Below are positions 48,598-61,453 of a stretch of 64,000 bases of DNA, one piece after another. Positions within the stretch are counted from its first letter, which is position 1; the number at the start of each line of letters is the position of its first letter. A program made the translations under genes and the position numbers. Under the pieces are notes generated by a model. The model was not told where the DNA came from. It made no database searches and was given only the letters and a program-made list of their open reading frames with translations. The DNA comes from Felis catus. Its lineage: Eukaryota. The stretch covers positions 226,612,001 to 226,676,000 of the forward strand of contig NC_058368.1 of assembly GCF_018350175.1 (NCBI RefSeq). The letters are read 5' to 3'.

Positions 48598-48923
48598 CAC
48601 TTGAACCTTCAACAATGCATTGGTTAGGAATGCCAGCCCCGTGGAGTTAAAAATCCATTTATAACTTTCAACTCCCCCAAAACATAACTACCCATAGCCT
48701 ACTGTTAACCGGAAGTCATACTGATAACACAAAAAGTCGACGAACACATATTTGGTAAGTTATATGTATTATGTGCTGTATGATTGCACCAAGGTAAGCC
48801 AGAAAAAAAATGTTATTAAGAAAATTGTAAGGAAGAGAAAATACATTTATAGTCCTGTTCTGTAAAAAGTCTGCATGTGAGTGGACCCATTCAGTTCAAA
48901 ACTCTGTTGTTCCAAGATCAATT
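48598..48923. mobile_element. TcMar-Tigger2-family non-autonomous element
   Basis: Degenerate TIRs 'cacttgaaccttcaacaa' / 'tgttgttccaagatcaatt'; internal 'atagcctactgttaaccggaag' and 'tgttattaagaaaattgtaaggaagagaaaata'. Confidence 0.8.
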
Positions 48924-49070
48924 TTTTTCCAACTTTCCAATTAATTTTCCAAACGTATTTCCAATTTATAAAGTGAAAGTTGCACTTTAACACCTTGCCC
49001 CATGCCCTGTAAAATTCTCCAGTCTTAACTCAGAGTTATCATAACCTGCTACTATCTAGGGGCAAAATCG

Positions 49071-50173
49071 TGTTGCAATCATTCCGTGCTACAGAGATGC
49101 TGAGCCCCAGGAAAACCAGACTCAAGTCTTTGAACCACTAAGGGGATAAAAAGGGCAAATGGTGGTCAGTGTGGTAAAGACTCATTCACACCATTAAAAA
49201 CGTGCCTTCTTTACACAGAACTCTTCTTGCTGTAAATGGAGAAAGGAAAGAGGCAGGAAGTAAAATAATACTACCCCTATAAGGTTAATAGAAAAGATCT
49301 CCCCAAACACAGCTACCTGACTCATTCATTTATACGACAGATACTGATTTGGTCTCTGCTTTAGTGACCAGGCGTTAGGAGCTAGGAGCCTCACAGCCAT
49401 ACCGCCTCTGCTCTCAAGACACTATCAGACTAACCTGAGACGCATAATCATCTCTGCAAATGTCAGGCTCCAGGGTTCCCTGTAGGTGAACTGGGAGGAA
49501 TAAGGTGATCTGGAAATTTAGACAATGGTTGAGTTTACACCCCAGGCAGAGTGAAAGGTCCAGAAGCAAAAGAGAGCACTGAGCATTCAGGAACCACGGA
49601 GAATTTAGTGGGGCTGCAGAAGATGGAAGAAAGAAGGAAAGGAGAAGAGAGACGGTCGGGAAACTTGAAGTCTTGCAGACCCCGGCAGAGAACATGGACT
49701 ATATGCAGACAGCCGCCAGGCACCTTGGAGAGGGCTTGGAAAAAGAACACGAGCGTCCCAGGCTGCAGAAAGCCAGGTCGGGCTACTACGGAGGAAAGGG
49801 ACCGGAGAGGGCAAAACTGGAGGCAGTTAGACTGGTCAGACAGATGTTCCTAGAAGTAGAAGTGGTGGGTGGACAGAAATGAATGGGTTTGAGACACATG
49901 GCTCCAGCAGAAACGCCAGGAATTTGTGATTGGACGGTCGGAGTGAGGCAGGCGGAAGAGTCACAGATGGCACCCAAGATGATCTTTTCTCGTGCTCAGA
50001 GGAGTAAGCGTTGCCAAGTGTGTCGCATATGAGCAACTGAAGAGGAGATGGTGTTGTCATCATTCAGGTCCGCCGAGATGCTGAGCCCTGGGAAAACCAG
50101 ACTCGAGTCTTTGAAACCCTAAGGGAAGGCACCGGGCAAGCTGTCGTCAATGTGGTCAAAGATCCGTCCACAC
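49071..50173 (+). repeat. Diverged direct repeat (~120 bp) at 49071-49191 and 50052-50173
   Basis: Cores 49094-49144 and 50075-50125 are identical at 46 of 51 positions, ungapped. Confidence 0.9.
49320..50070 (-). mobile_element. L2 fragment
   Basis: Starts 'ctcattcattta...'; purine-rich body; 'gagtcacagatggcacccaag...tgagcaactg'. Confidence 0.6.
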
Positions 50174-50446
50174 AGTCTGAATCATGCCTGCACCCAGAGG
50201 CGACCAGAAAACAGATTCCAGTCCCCATCTTCCGTGCCCAGCTTCCTCTTCACACTCTCCCCGTGCCTGTGAAATTCTCAAGCACTCTGATTCCCCCCCT
50301 TACCCCTGCCGATCAGGCCCAAGTAGGACCCAAAGTCTGCCTTCCCTTCCACTTGCTGCTTCCAAGCAGATCTTTACATCACTGTGGACCCTCAAGGTCA
50401 AAGATAGCCTAAAACACATTGTAAAAACAAACAAAAAAAAAAACAC

Positions 50447-50612
50447 ATTCCACATATGAGTGAAAACATATGGTATCTGTCTTTCTCTGACTGACTTATT
50501 TCACTTTGCATAATACCCTCCAGTTCCATCCACGTTGCTGCAAATGGCATGATTATTCTTTCTCATTGCCCAGTAGTATTCCATTGTATGGATAAAGAAG
50601 GTGTGGTTTATA
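50447..50612 (-). mobile_element. Short carnivore L1 ORF2-end fragment with an inverted 25-bp segment
   Basis: 50447-50589 is antisense L1 ('attccacatatgagtgaaaacatatggtatctgtctttctctgactgacttatttcactt...'); 50588-50612 is sense 'atggataaagaaggtgtggtttata'. Confidence 0.85.
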
Positions 50613-51171
50613 AAAAGGTCATTCCTTTAAGGAAAAAAGAAAAGAAAAAACATGGCACGGGCTTGGGATGGTGAATGAAGTACTAATTCATTGGTTTTTT
50701 AAACACGGAGGATCAAGTGTTAGCCAATCCTTCAGGGCAGCATTCATTAGCTGAGCACAGATGAAGAAGGCACTGAAACACGATGAGGACCTGTCCACGA
50801 CCACTGCCTGAATCTCATCTGTGCGTCGTCACCTCTGATGACGGCATCGAGGCCTCGCTGGCTGAGCCCAAGGCTGGCTTGAAACCCGACAGGAATGGTC
50901 AGAAAACAAAAACAGTTATTGGGGCCACATGTTGGCCTGATGCTACTACCACCGGAAGGCTTCTTAAAGGACAGCGTCCAGAGCTGTTACTTCTGACTTA
51001 AAGAATAGGAAAATAAACAATGCAGTTCATCAAGCCTCTTTATGCACAGTAACTCAGCGTGACGCTCCCCTCACTGCACCTGCTGCGTCCACACAGGGAT
51101 GTAGGTGCCAATGGGCTGCTCACTAATACCCAAGGTTACAGGGAGCTGGGGTCAAAAACATGAGATTTCTT

Positions 51172-51390
51172 GGGATGCCTGGGTGGCTCAGTCCACTGAG
51201 TGTCCAACCTCAGCCCAGGTCATGATCTCACAGTTTGTGAGTTTGAGCCCCACGTCGGGCTCTGTGGTGACAGTGCAGATCCCGGAGCCTGCTTTGAGTT
51301 CTGTATCTCCCTCTCTCTCTGCCTCTCCCCTGCTTACAGACACACACTCTCTGTCTCTCAAATAAATAAACATTAAAAATTTTAAAAAAC
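51172..51390 (+). mobile_element. SINEC SINE
   Basis: Diverged TSD aacatgagatttctt / aacatgggatttctt. Confidence 0.93.
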
Positions 51391-51587
51391 AGAACATGGG
51401 ATTTCTTGCTATCCCTCCTCTTGTATATTCATCCTTCTTTCTCACTGAATGTATTTTTTAAGTAATTGCATTAGTTACAACAAGAAAGAGGTTTTCGTGA
51501 TCAGCACCATTTCACTGATTTCAGCCAATCAAAGAATCAAAACAAAATAGATTCACAATATCAAGAGAGTAAAATGACTGAGAGTAA

Positions 51588-51795
51588 ATTAACATTTATT
51601 CATTTTTGACAGATGGAGAGAGACACAGCACGAGCAGGGGAGGGGCAGAGAGAGAGGGAGACACAGAATCCCAAGCAGGCTCTAGGTTCTGAGCTGTCAG
51701 CGCCGATCCCAATAAGGGGCTCAAACCCACAAACCGTGAGATCGTGACCTGAGCTAAAGTCAGACACCTGACTGACTGAGCCACCCAGACACCCT
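51588..51795 (-). mobile_element. SINEC SINE
   Basis: Reverse body ending 'actgagccacccagacaccct'. Confidence 0.92.
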
Positions 51796-51957
51796 GACTT
51801 AATTGAATTTGTTTTAAAAAAGAGATTGGACTAAAATCTTTAAAGGAGGAACAAAGCAAAGTTCCGATGGCATTGGCCTTCAAAAACTCGTAATTTAGGA
51901 ATTACTCCATGATGTGCATGGAAATGGAACATGGATAGACGCAGTGGTAGGAAAAGT

Positions 51958-51960
<3 letters not shown>

Positions 51961-51997
<37 letters not shown>
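51961..51997. repeat. (AC)18 microsatellite
   Basis: Read directly. Confidence 0.97.
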
Positions 51998-51998
<1 letters not shown>

Positions 51999-52644
51999 CC
52001 CAGTTGCACATAAACTGTAACTGAGTCAAGATTATAACATTACTTCTGTTTTGTGCCACGGTTGTTCCATGTGATGACCAAAGCCATGAATTTACATACC
52101 GATACGTTCGAATGTGTAGTAAAATCAGCCTCAGATATTTTTAAAGTGATAACTTATTTGGGGAATAATAGCATTCACTTTAAAAACTTCACCATTTAGT
52201 TCTGATGGTAAATAAATCACACAACAGTCTCCCTGCAACCTACCAACCCTGAGTAATAAATCTCTGAATTCAACATTACACCAGACATAATGCTGTAAAG
52301 TAAAAAGTCTAGTTTTAACTCCGTGACCTCAGTCTTGCCTCTGCTGGACAGTAAATCTGATGCAAAATGAGCAAATATGGGTGGCTGAGTTTCAACCTGG
52401 CATAACAGTGAGGCTTTGTCAAGGATCCCAGAATTTAGAGAGTTTTTAGGAACAAAAAAAAAAGTTTGAAAAACAAAAACATATGCTAAACAGCTGGGGG
52501 TGGAAGACTGGAAAGCTGGGAAGAGCTTTTACCTTAGCTAGGAAAACATTCTATTTAATGACCTTTCTTTTTAGCTGACCCATTCTACAGTTTTCTTTTT
52601 TAATCTCTAAAACTATTATTTCTAGACGGCATACGTTAGACTGA

Positions 52645-53450
52645 TATTCATTCGTTCATTCAACTAATATTCAACAATAGTGTTATCGTCTCTTAATAGA
52701 TCTGGGACCCTGAAAAAAATATTTAACTTCACTATACCTCAGTTTCTTCATCTATAAAATGGGGGCATACTTGTACCTAACTTAGAGGACACTTTAATAA
52801 TAGCCATGTGTCCTCTGTGAGCAGACACCATTGTCAAAGCTAAGATTTACAACAGCAAATAAAGCAAACCAGATTCCCACCTTTAGGAAGGCAGAGGACA
52901 TAATTAGGAAACAAAAATAAATAAATACAGAACTTCAAAATACACAAGGACCTGGAGTAAATATATAGAGCACTACTGAATAAAAGGGGGTGGGGGGCTA
53001 CTTAGCTGGAGGGATCATGAAGGCTCTGCTGGTTGGGAACCTGGAGCTGAAATCCAAAGGATGGGAAAGAGTCAGCCATGCAAAGAAAAGAAACATGTCC
53101 ATTTCAAGCCAAGGATGTTGGCTATTCAAGGACTGTGACCTTGCAATTAGGCAGGTGTATTCCAGGAACTGGGGAGATGTAGAGAAGGGGCAAATCGTAC
53201 CGTACTCAGAGGTGATAAAGAATTTAGCTTTAGTGGATTAGGAAGTCACTGGATGGTTTTCCAATGGGGGAATGACAGAGTTTTGTTCTGAAACATGATT
53301 CTAGCTGCCAGATAGGGAACAGACTAGAGAGGTTCAGAATGAAAACAGCACGGAAGCTAATGAACTCAGTTTAGCAGGGAATGATGTTTGCTTGGTGTCG
53401 GCAGGGATTGGGAAGGTAGAGAGAAATGGACAGAATTTAAGACACCTCCT
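52645..53450 (-). mobile_element. L2 fragment with an inserted MIR (~52700-52790, +)
   Basis: 'attcattcgttcattcaactaatatt' L2 end; MIR core 'cctcagtttcttcatctataaaatggggg'; L2 body 'gagtcagccatgcaaag...ggaagtcactggatggttttc...gagaaatggacagaattt'. Confidence 0.7.
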
Positions 53451-54885
53451 GAAACTTCACAGAATGTCTGCCTGGGCAGTCTCTTCTCAGATGCAAATAC
53501 TGACCAGAGAAAAGGCTAAGGGGAAAATGTAAATAGTGCCTGTTTAACTCAAGTTCTTCAGATGGCTCTCCTCATGAAAGACAGGAGCCAGTGAAGTCAA
53601 CAAAGTGTTTTTCACAAGATAGTTTACAGCCATGAACTGATTGGACAGTTCAGGCTAACTTCTTGACGTGGTTTAGCATGACAGCTGTAAGACCCCATTC
53701 CTTACGAATACAAATCAAGATGCATAATGGTGCTAGATCGTGTGGTAGACAATTCTTCATTGTTTCCCCTCTGGATTGGACTGTAAATTATCTTCTGGAA
53801 CACGAACTAGAGGTTTGGTGCTGATAAGGGCCAGTAAGGGAAGACTTCCCCACCATAGCTTCCTGATAAAGTATCCAAAAACAATCACCTTGTTCTCAGG
53901 TTTCCTTCCAGAGGTTACACTAGAGAACACCTTATGAGATGCCATGCTTCCATTCCAACCCATCATTTTGTGCCTGAGGAAGGAAATGAGAGGAGGGAGA
54001 GAGAGATGGGGAATAAGAGAGAGAATAAATATAAAAGGGGGGTGGTGGCTAAGTCATGATTTGTCATCGCCCAGAAGTGTTAACGCTGGCTCTCAAAACT
54101 CAAGCTCTCATTCCTTCCTCAATCTTCATCCACCATCCCCCCCCTAGATTCCGTGTAGAGCAAACATGGAAAGAAAAGAAAGTTCTTAGCCAAATGTTAG
54201 AGTCCAGCTTGGAAAAATGAGCTTTGCAATGACAGCACATATTTTTAGGACTTACTGGGATCTAGCTAAGGAGACTGGCTCCAGGGTGTAGAGTCACACA
54301 TATTTTCTCGATTCCTAACTTCATCCTTTTTACATCATCTGCTTTCAAAGAAGCCAAAGGGAAGCTCCCTCCAGGAACAGCCATTCATTGGCATTTCACA
54401 ATTAAAAAGATCACATTTGTGAGACCAGCCTTGAACCAGAATTTGATTTCGATTTAATAAGATACATGCTCATGCGTAACGCATGCCAAGGAGTCTGACA
54501 AGAAATAGCTGACGTGATACGACTCCGGCATAAACCGAGATCAGTTTTAACAACTCATCAGGATTTATCAGGCACAGTTTAGGCAACTTGATGGCATTAT
54601 AGTTGGTGGTATCTGAGGCTTCCATGTGAGAAAAATGAGTGTAGGTTTTCCCTTTTCCTCTCAACATATTTTAGGCCATCCTTGGTCTTCTCCACTAATG
54701 ACACCCCAAAGGCAGAACAAGGTTAACAACTGAATGTATACGACCACATTCATAATAAAGTAAGTTTGCTAACGACGATGATATTTTTTGACATTTAATT
54801 TTTAATTTTGAACATTTTATTCTCTTTGCTCTCAAACATTGCAGGAAATAACAGTAGCATGGGCCACTCTTACTTTTCAGCATTT

Positions 54886-55110
54886 TTCTTTTCTTATTTT
54901 TCTTTTTCTTATATTTTTTTTGAAAGAGAGAGTGTGCACATGCAAGCACGCAGAAAAGAGAGAGAGAGAGAGAGAGAGAGACGGAATCCCAAGTAGGCTC
55001 CATGCCTGTCTTGGAGCCCGACATGGGGCTTGATCTCATGACCCTGAGATCATGACCTGAGCCAAAATCAAGAGTTGGATGCTCAACTGACTGAGCCACC
55101 CAGGCACCTC
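54886..55110 (-). mobile_element. Older carnivore SINEC SINE
   Basis: TSD acttttcagcattt at 54872-54885 and 55111-55124. Confidence 0.93.
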
Positions 55111-55560
55111 ACTTTTCAGCATTTCCAGATCTTATCATGAATATCACTCATTCAATTGGTCTCATCCTCCTCCCTCTACAAGCAAAGTCTGTGAGTAACC
55201 ATGAGGTACAAACAGGTACACAGTCTGGCCTCAGGACACCTTTCAGTCTTCTCTTGTAGCCAATGCACATGACAAATGTGTCCCTTCCTTCTGGTATATG
55301 GCTGAGGCTATCAACTTTCACATATGGCAACCCCTCCCCTCCTCAACCTCACTAATGAACACAGATACACATTTTAAGGGGAGGGGGAAGGAATTATAAT
55401 TTGATCAATTAATTTTAAATCATGGAATATTTTAAAGCAATGCACCCAGGGGTTTTAGTGTGCTACAGCAGAGTAGCTGAGAGGGATTCCAATGGGTATT
55501 CATGACTCCCCAAAACCAACTGGTACAATAGCATAGGAGTGCAGGCAAATGAGACTGTCT

Positions 55561-55758
55561 CTTTTTTTTTTTATTATTTTTTTTAATCTGAGAAAGAGAG
55601 GGAGTGGGGGAAGGGCAGAGGGAGAGAGAGAAAGAACCCCAAGCAGGCCCATGCTCAGTGCAGAGCCCGACATGGGGCTCAATCACATAACCCTGGGTTC
55701 ATGACCCGGGCTGACATCAAGAGTCGAATGCTCAATGGACTGCGCCACCAGGCCCCCC
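55561..55758 (-). mobile_element. Older carnivore SINEC SINE
   Basis: 'gagagagaaagaaccccaagcagg...agcccgacatggggctc...atcaagagtcg'. Confidence 0.9.
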
Positions 55759-56371
55759 ATCACTTCTTTGAAAATCACTATTTTTCTCAGAGGCATTAAT
55801 CATGCTCCCAGGGGCCTGCTTTTCCCTCTGGAGCTTCCAATCTAACGGTTTTGGAATATCACAGTTTTGCTTCTGGATAATGGGAGACCCCCGTTAGGAG
55901 GTAGATGACCATTCTTCCTCCCGGCCCTTTCCCACCAGGAAACCAAGAGACCGGGAAGTTCACCACTTCCGGATAAGGTTCAGCATCGGCAACTAGTAAA
56001 TCTGCCATGGGATCCACGGATGAGGACCAAGACCAAGAGCCTCAAGGCCAGGGTAAGTACGAGTACCAGGCAGACTAGACGAGGTTCTGCTGGTGATCCC
56101 CACGTGTAGCCAATCCTGGAGCATCAGGAACCCCATGAAACCTCACTATTACATCTGGTTCGAAAGGCACAAACAGAGCAGGAATTACCTGCATCTGACT
56201 CGGGCTTGAAAAATCAAAGGAGATTCAGGACCCAGACAAACCTGACCACCACTCTCTTCTTCAGAGATATCCCAGAGATAAACTGGGGTAAACAAGCACC
56301 TCTCATTAGGTCTTATATAAATACTCAGGGAATAATATCTAAATCCCAAGCAAGAATGGTAAAAAGGATGT

Positions 56372-56910
56372 CCATCCATCCATTCATTTACTCATTCAGC
56401 AACCAAGAAATCTCTACGAAATGCAACCATGCGGCTAGTGATGGGGATACAATAATAAACTATATCAGGCAGAGTCCCTGACAAGGGGAAGTTTCCCGCC
56501 TGCGAAGGAAGGAGGTGCTAATCAAATTATCACACCCTTAAATGTATAGTTTATAACTAACTACTCTAAAGGACATGAATGTGGCTCTTTGAAAGTGTAA
56601 TTAAAACAAGAACAAACCCAACCTGAGATCAAAAAACCAAAGAAGGCTTCCTTTGAAAATTAAGAGGTAAACTTAAGGCCAAACAGAAATCTGGGTACAG
56701 AAAGTGTCAGGCAGGGGAGACAGCCTGTGTAAAGGCCCTAGGCAGGAAGGAGTGAGGGTTGAAGAGCTAAACAGGGCTCATGTAGTGGGGCACGTGGAAG
56801 GCAGCAACGAGGTATAGCAGAAGAATGACCACACAAGACTCACCAGGCACGTTCAGAACAGAGATCTTTGTCCCAGAAGCAACGAGAAATCCTCAAGAGT
56901 TTAAAAATAA
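56372..56910 (-). mobile_element. L2 fragment
   Basis: 'catccatccattcatttactcattcagcaa...cagcctgtgtaaaggccctaggcaggaagg'. Confidence 0.7.
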
Positions 56911-56924
56911 AACTCAGGTTGCCT

Positions 56925-58115
56925 GAAAATGCAATCTATCATAAGAGTGGCATTTTCAAATCAATAGAAACAAAGACAGATGCTCCAATTAGTATTTGGG
57001 GACAACCGGTCAGCAATTTAGAAAAAAATATATGTACATCAGGCTAGATCTGACCTCACTCCTTACCCAAAAATGTATATCAGGTAAATAAATCATCAAA
57101 ATGCACACACTGAAAAACTGAATGGGTGCTAAAACACACGCATAAAAGTTTTCTACTCTGGATTAGGGAAATCTGTGTGATCATACTAGAATCATACTGT
57201 GATTCTGAAATCACATCAGAAATGATGGATACATGTGACCTAATAATACAGTGAGACTTAGATGTAGCAAAAAAAAAGGGGAGGGGGTGAGAAAAAAATA
57301 AAATCACCCAAAAACTCCCCTATGGCAAGTTGATGGCTGAAAACTATGCAGAAAATATTAACAACACACAGGATGAACAAAGGACAACTGTAACATAATA
57401 CTACAGAATACAACCCCAACATCAAAACAAGTCCTGGCAAGGTTTAGGCTATTATTTCTCAAAGCAACAGAGAAGTGGTCAGTGAGCATGTGAAGAGTTC
57501 CCTGTAATAATATAAATGAAAATCAAAATCAAAATAGGGGGTTATTTTGCATGTGCACATTACTGACATCATACAAGATTTGAAAAGACTCACCAACCCC
57601 GCACAGTGGGACGTGTTTAAATTTAAAACGAGCACAGTCTTTTCGACCCAACAAGACTGCTCAGAATTCAACCAAAGAAACTGCGCAAGTTTGAAAGGTT
57701 CAATGCCTCAGGCTGTTTGCTCACCTCATCACTTATATATTTTTTTTTAATTTTTTTAAGGTTTATTTATATTTGAGAGAGAGAGTATGTGTGCAAGTGG
57801 GAGAGGGGCAGAGAGAGAGTCAGATTCCAAGGCAGGCTCCAGGCTCTGAGCTGTCAGCACAGAGCCTGACGTGGGGCTCGAACCCACAAACCACGAGATC
57901 ATGACCTGAGCCGAAGTTGAAGGCTTCACCGACTGCGCCACCCAGGTGCTCCCACCTAATCATTTATATGAAAGAAAAAGTGAGGACAATATGGAACTGA
58001 CTAAATGAACTTCCACTTACAGTCAAAGGAAGATTATACCTACATTAAAGGGTGATGCGTTTACGGGCATGGAAGGTTGTCTATGACACCGTTGAGCGAG
58101 CGGAGATTACACAAC
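56925..58115 (+). mobile_element. Degenerate L1ME ORF2/3' remnant (interrupted by a SINE)
   Basis: 'tggcattttcaaatcaatag...tttggggacaacc...ctcactccttacccaaaaat', 'aaatgaaaatcaaaatcaaaataggg'. Confidence 0.6.
57739..57952 (-). mobile_element. SINEC SINE
   Basis: TSD cacctcatcacttatat (57722-57738) / cacctaatcatttatat (57953-57969). Confidence 0.93.
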
Positions 58116-58757
58116 AGTGCGTGTAGCACAATTTCACTTGTATGCCGTGATGCCCACGTAGCTATCTTTGTAGGAACGTGTAGGGGATGGCCCTTTCTTC
58201 ACCTCCGACACAGAAGAACGCAGAAGATCAAATTTGTTCATCATTTCGTCTGAGCTTTCAGTATATCCTACGACCATGAAATTAGATTTCTCTAACCCAG
58301 AGTAGAAAAAACTATGTTTACGTTCTTCTAGTAGCTCCTCAATGTTCATTTTTACACATTCCGACCTTTCATCTGTCTGGAATATATGGTAGGGTAAGGA
58401 GCGAGGTGAGAGCAAGCCCGTGTTCGGAGGGATTAGGCCTGGACTGTGGGATTTGGGTTTCTTGGAGAGGGCTAGGTATCTGACAGGAATGAGCTTGCTT
58501 CCCCACCTCACCCCGCACTCCCAAACCCATAAACTCATCCACAAAGGCACCACATTCACAAGTGCTCACACAAGCACATGATGGGCAGGAAGGAGGAAGA
58601 CAGACAGACCAACAAAAAAGACTCCATAAGACCAAATTCTGAGTCTTCCAGCTACAAAGGGATAGCTTTTTGAGTGGGCCTGAGCGTTCTCCCGCTGGGA
58701 GAAGTGTCCACAGCCAGAAGAGAAGGTTGCATAAAGCTGACAAAAGTTGCTACCTTT

Positions 58758-59004
58758 GGGGTGCCTGTGTGGCTCAGTTGGTCAGGCTTGGTCGGTTAGG
58801 CTCAGTCGGTTAAATGTCTGACTCTTGATTTCAGCTCAGGTCATGATCTCACAGGTCTGTGGGTGCGAGCGCCACATCGGGTTCCATGCTGACAGCACGG
58901 AAATGGCCTGGGATCCTCTCTCTCCTTCTCTCTCTCTGCCCCTCCCCCACTTGTGCGTGCGCGCACACTCTCTCTCTCTCCCCCAAAATAAATAAACTTA
59001 AAAA
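58758..59004 (+). mobile_element. SINEC SINE with triplicated 14-bp A-box segment
   Basis: TSD aaaagttgctaccttt (58742-58757) / aaaagtggctacattt (59005-59020). Confidence 0.92.
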
Positions 59005-60108
59005 AAAAGTGGCTACATTTTTACCCCCATTCCTATGGTTCCTCCCAAGCCCTAGAGGTGGTCTTCTCTGAATGCAGCAGCACCCTGGACACAAGGAGAA
59101 GCAGTGGTGGGTCCACCAACTTCAACGTGGGTCCACCGTGTGTGAGCGGCACTCACTAGGGCACAGCCTTAGGGTGGAGGGGGCGAGAAGAGGGGGGCCG
59201 GTGGGGGGGTAGACAGTGGGTGGGCGCCATGAGTTATCTCCTAGGCCACATGCCCTGGAGACCTGCCATGCCTCTATCAATCCAGTCCCTCATGTAACCT
59301 CGAGCTTATCGTAAAAGGTTAATTTGAAATAAGTTCCTTTAGAAGAATTACATAATAAAGAACAGCTAGCGAATGTGTCAGTAGGAGAACTGCTGAGGCC
59401 CCTTTAGTGACACTTGATACGCCTGTTATCATACTCAGTGTGCATCAGTTACATTGATCAACCAATCGAACCAGACTCTCAGAAGATTTTTGAAGACTTT
59501 TCAAATATACAGTCCACAGAAGCGTGTGCTTGGTTGTACGTAAGGAGGCAGGCAGCCTCCACCCGTCACCTAGTGGCATCTGTCCCTGGATGCCGGAACT
59601 GTTCAACCATCAGTGGTTGACATAACTCATAATGTCGGATCTAGAAAGATGCCTTTACTGGGTCACCTTGCCAGCTTAAAGCAGGACCACTGCAGGATTC
59701 CAACCTCCTGTCTGCCCTTAATCGTCCTAGACATGCATTAAAATGCCCTGCTGCATCCCTAAGTGTTGCTAAGACCTTCTCCAGGCCCGTGACTGCTCAC
59801 CGAGATAACGGAGATACACCATGAGCAGCCAGGAGCCTCAAGACATACTCAGCAGGTGCAGTTCATGAGATTCTTCAGGATCATCCCCTCCCTTTCCTGT
59901 TCTGGCACCTGCAACCCTCCCTGACCCAGAGGTTTATTTCACATTTCCTTCAGTATTTCCCCCCAGGTAGGCATGGCCTTTCCTATAACAAAAGAAAGCA
60001 GTTAAATATTTCAAGCCTTGTTCAATGACTGTAAAAGAAGGGCTTCTCAGTTTGCTTATCCAGGAATGCAAACAAAAACTCTTTCTTTTCGTTAAATGTG
60101 AGGCCAAG

Positions 60109-60661
60109 TGTGGTAGACAGTATTTTTCCAAAGATGACCACACATTACCATACATTATCTCCTATCCCACATGCCCTTGAGAACGGCCATGCCCTCATCA
60201 GGAGATGGAGTCTGATTCCCCTCCAGGTAGGAAGTGATACCACATGAGTTCTAAGACTGAGTCATAAAGGTAACACTGCTTCTACCTTGTATGCTTTATT
60301 GTAAGAGTGGAATAAACCATTCTTGAAAACTTTTTCAGCCATATAAAGAGATGGACTTCCCTGAGACCGCCATTTTGTGAGGAAGCCCAAACTAGCCCAT
60401 ATGAAGAGATCAAAGGAGAGGCCTTGAGACCCTGTAGAGACAGAGAGACAGAGACAGAGAGAAAGAGAGGCGAGCCCCAGGCGGAAGTGCTCCAGCCTCG
60501 GTGCTCCAGCTCCAGCCACTGCTTGGCCCCAGAACCGCTCCACCTAGGCCTTTCCAAATTTCTGACCACAAAAACTGAGAGAGTGAATAATATGATGGCT
60601 GTTGTTTTAAGCCACTAACTTCCAAGGTGATTTGTTACACAGCAACAAGGACCAGAATGCA
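60109..60661 (+). mobile_element. MLT1G/H-like solo LTR
   Basis: 'tgtggtagacag...ccaaagatgacc...ggagatggagtct...gtgaggaagcccaaactagccc...ccaaatttctgaccacaaaa...gttgttttaagccacta...tttgttacacagcaa'. Confidence 0.85.
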
Positions 60662-61453
60662 CTGTGACATAATAATAAAGAGATGAGAATCGCTTTATTC
60701 TGAAAGATGATTTCTTGCACTTTTGTAAAGCAATTTTGTCGAGCTTAAGAAAGCATCTGTGTTTTATAACTTTCATTATTTCCCTTCAGACATGGTATTT
60801 TTCTGGATAAGGAGTTATAGGTTACATTCTAAAGCCACATACTAATAGACAAATTATGGCCTGTGGGAGACGCAGCATCCTGGGGTCCTACGTCCCTCTA
60901 AGATGCCAATTATTCACAGATCCCTACAGTAATATATTCAAATTCCCCTGAACAGAGCTACTTCCCACACTGCTTATGGCCAGATACTGCCTGGGGAAGC
61001 AAATCTTAACTTCAATGTGGTTACACATAAGTAACGAGGTATAAAACCTCTTCCTATCTGTTTTCACGAAGGGTTAGGAACATCACTGCTTTTGTCTCTT
61101 ATACTGTCCGCCTCCCACATGCAGATAGAAACCTAAAAGCCTAAAGACATTAAGACCCAGAAATCTGAAAAGAGAAAAATGCCTAAGAACACAACACCAT
61201 TCAGTTTCAGCAATCCAATCCATTGATGTCTACCAAAAAGCAATGGACTCTTTGGCAACAGCTGAATATCTATCTACATGTATCTGTTTCCTGACAAACA
61301 TGTAGACTCACTTGGAAATTGGGAATGCCTACAACAGCTAAAAAAAAACCGTACTTTTCATCAATATGTTCTATGTTATGCATGACAAGAGCATATATAA
61401 ACATTTAGCCAATTCTGAAACATTCCATGTCAAGTTAGTTTAATGACCAAATG

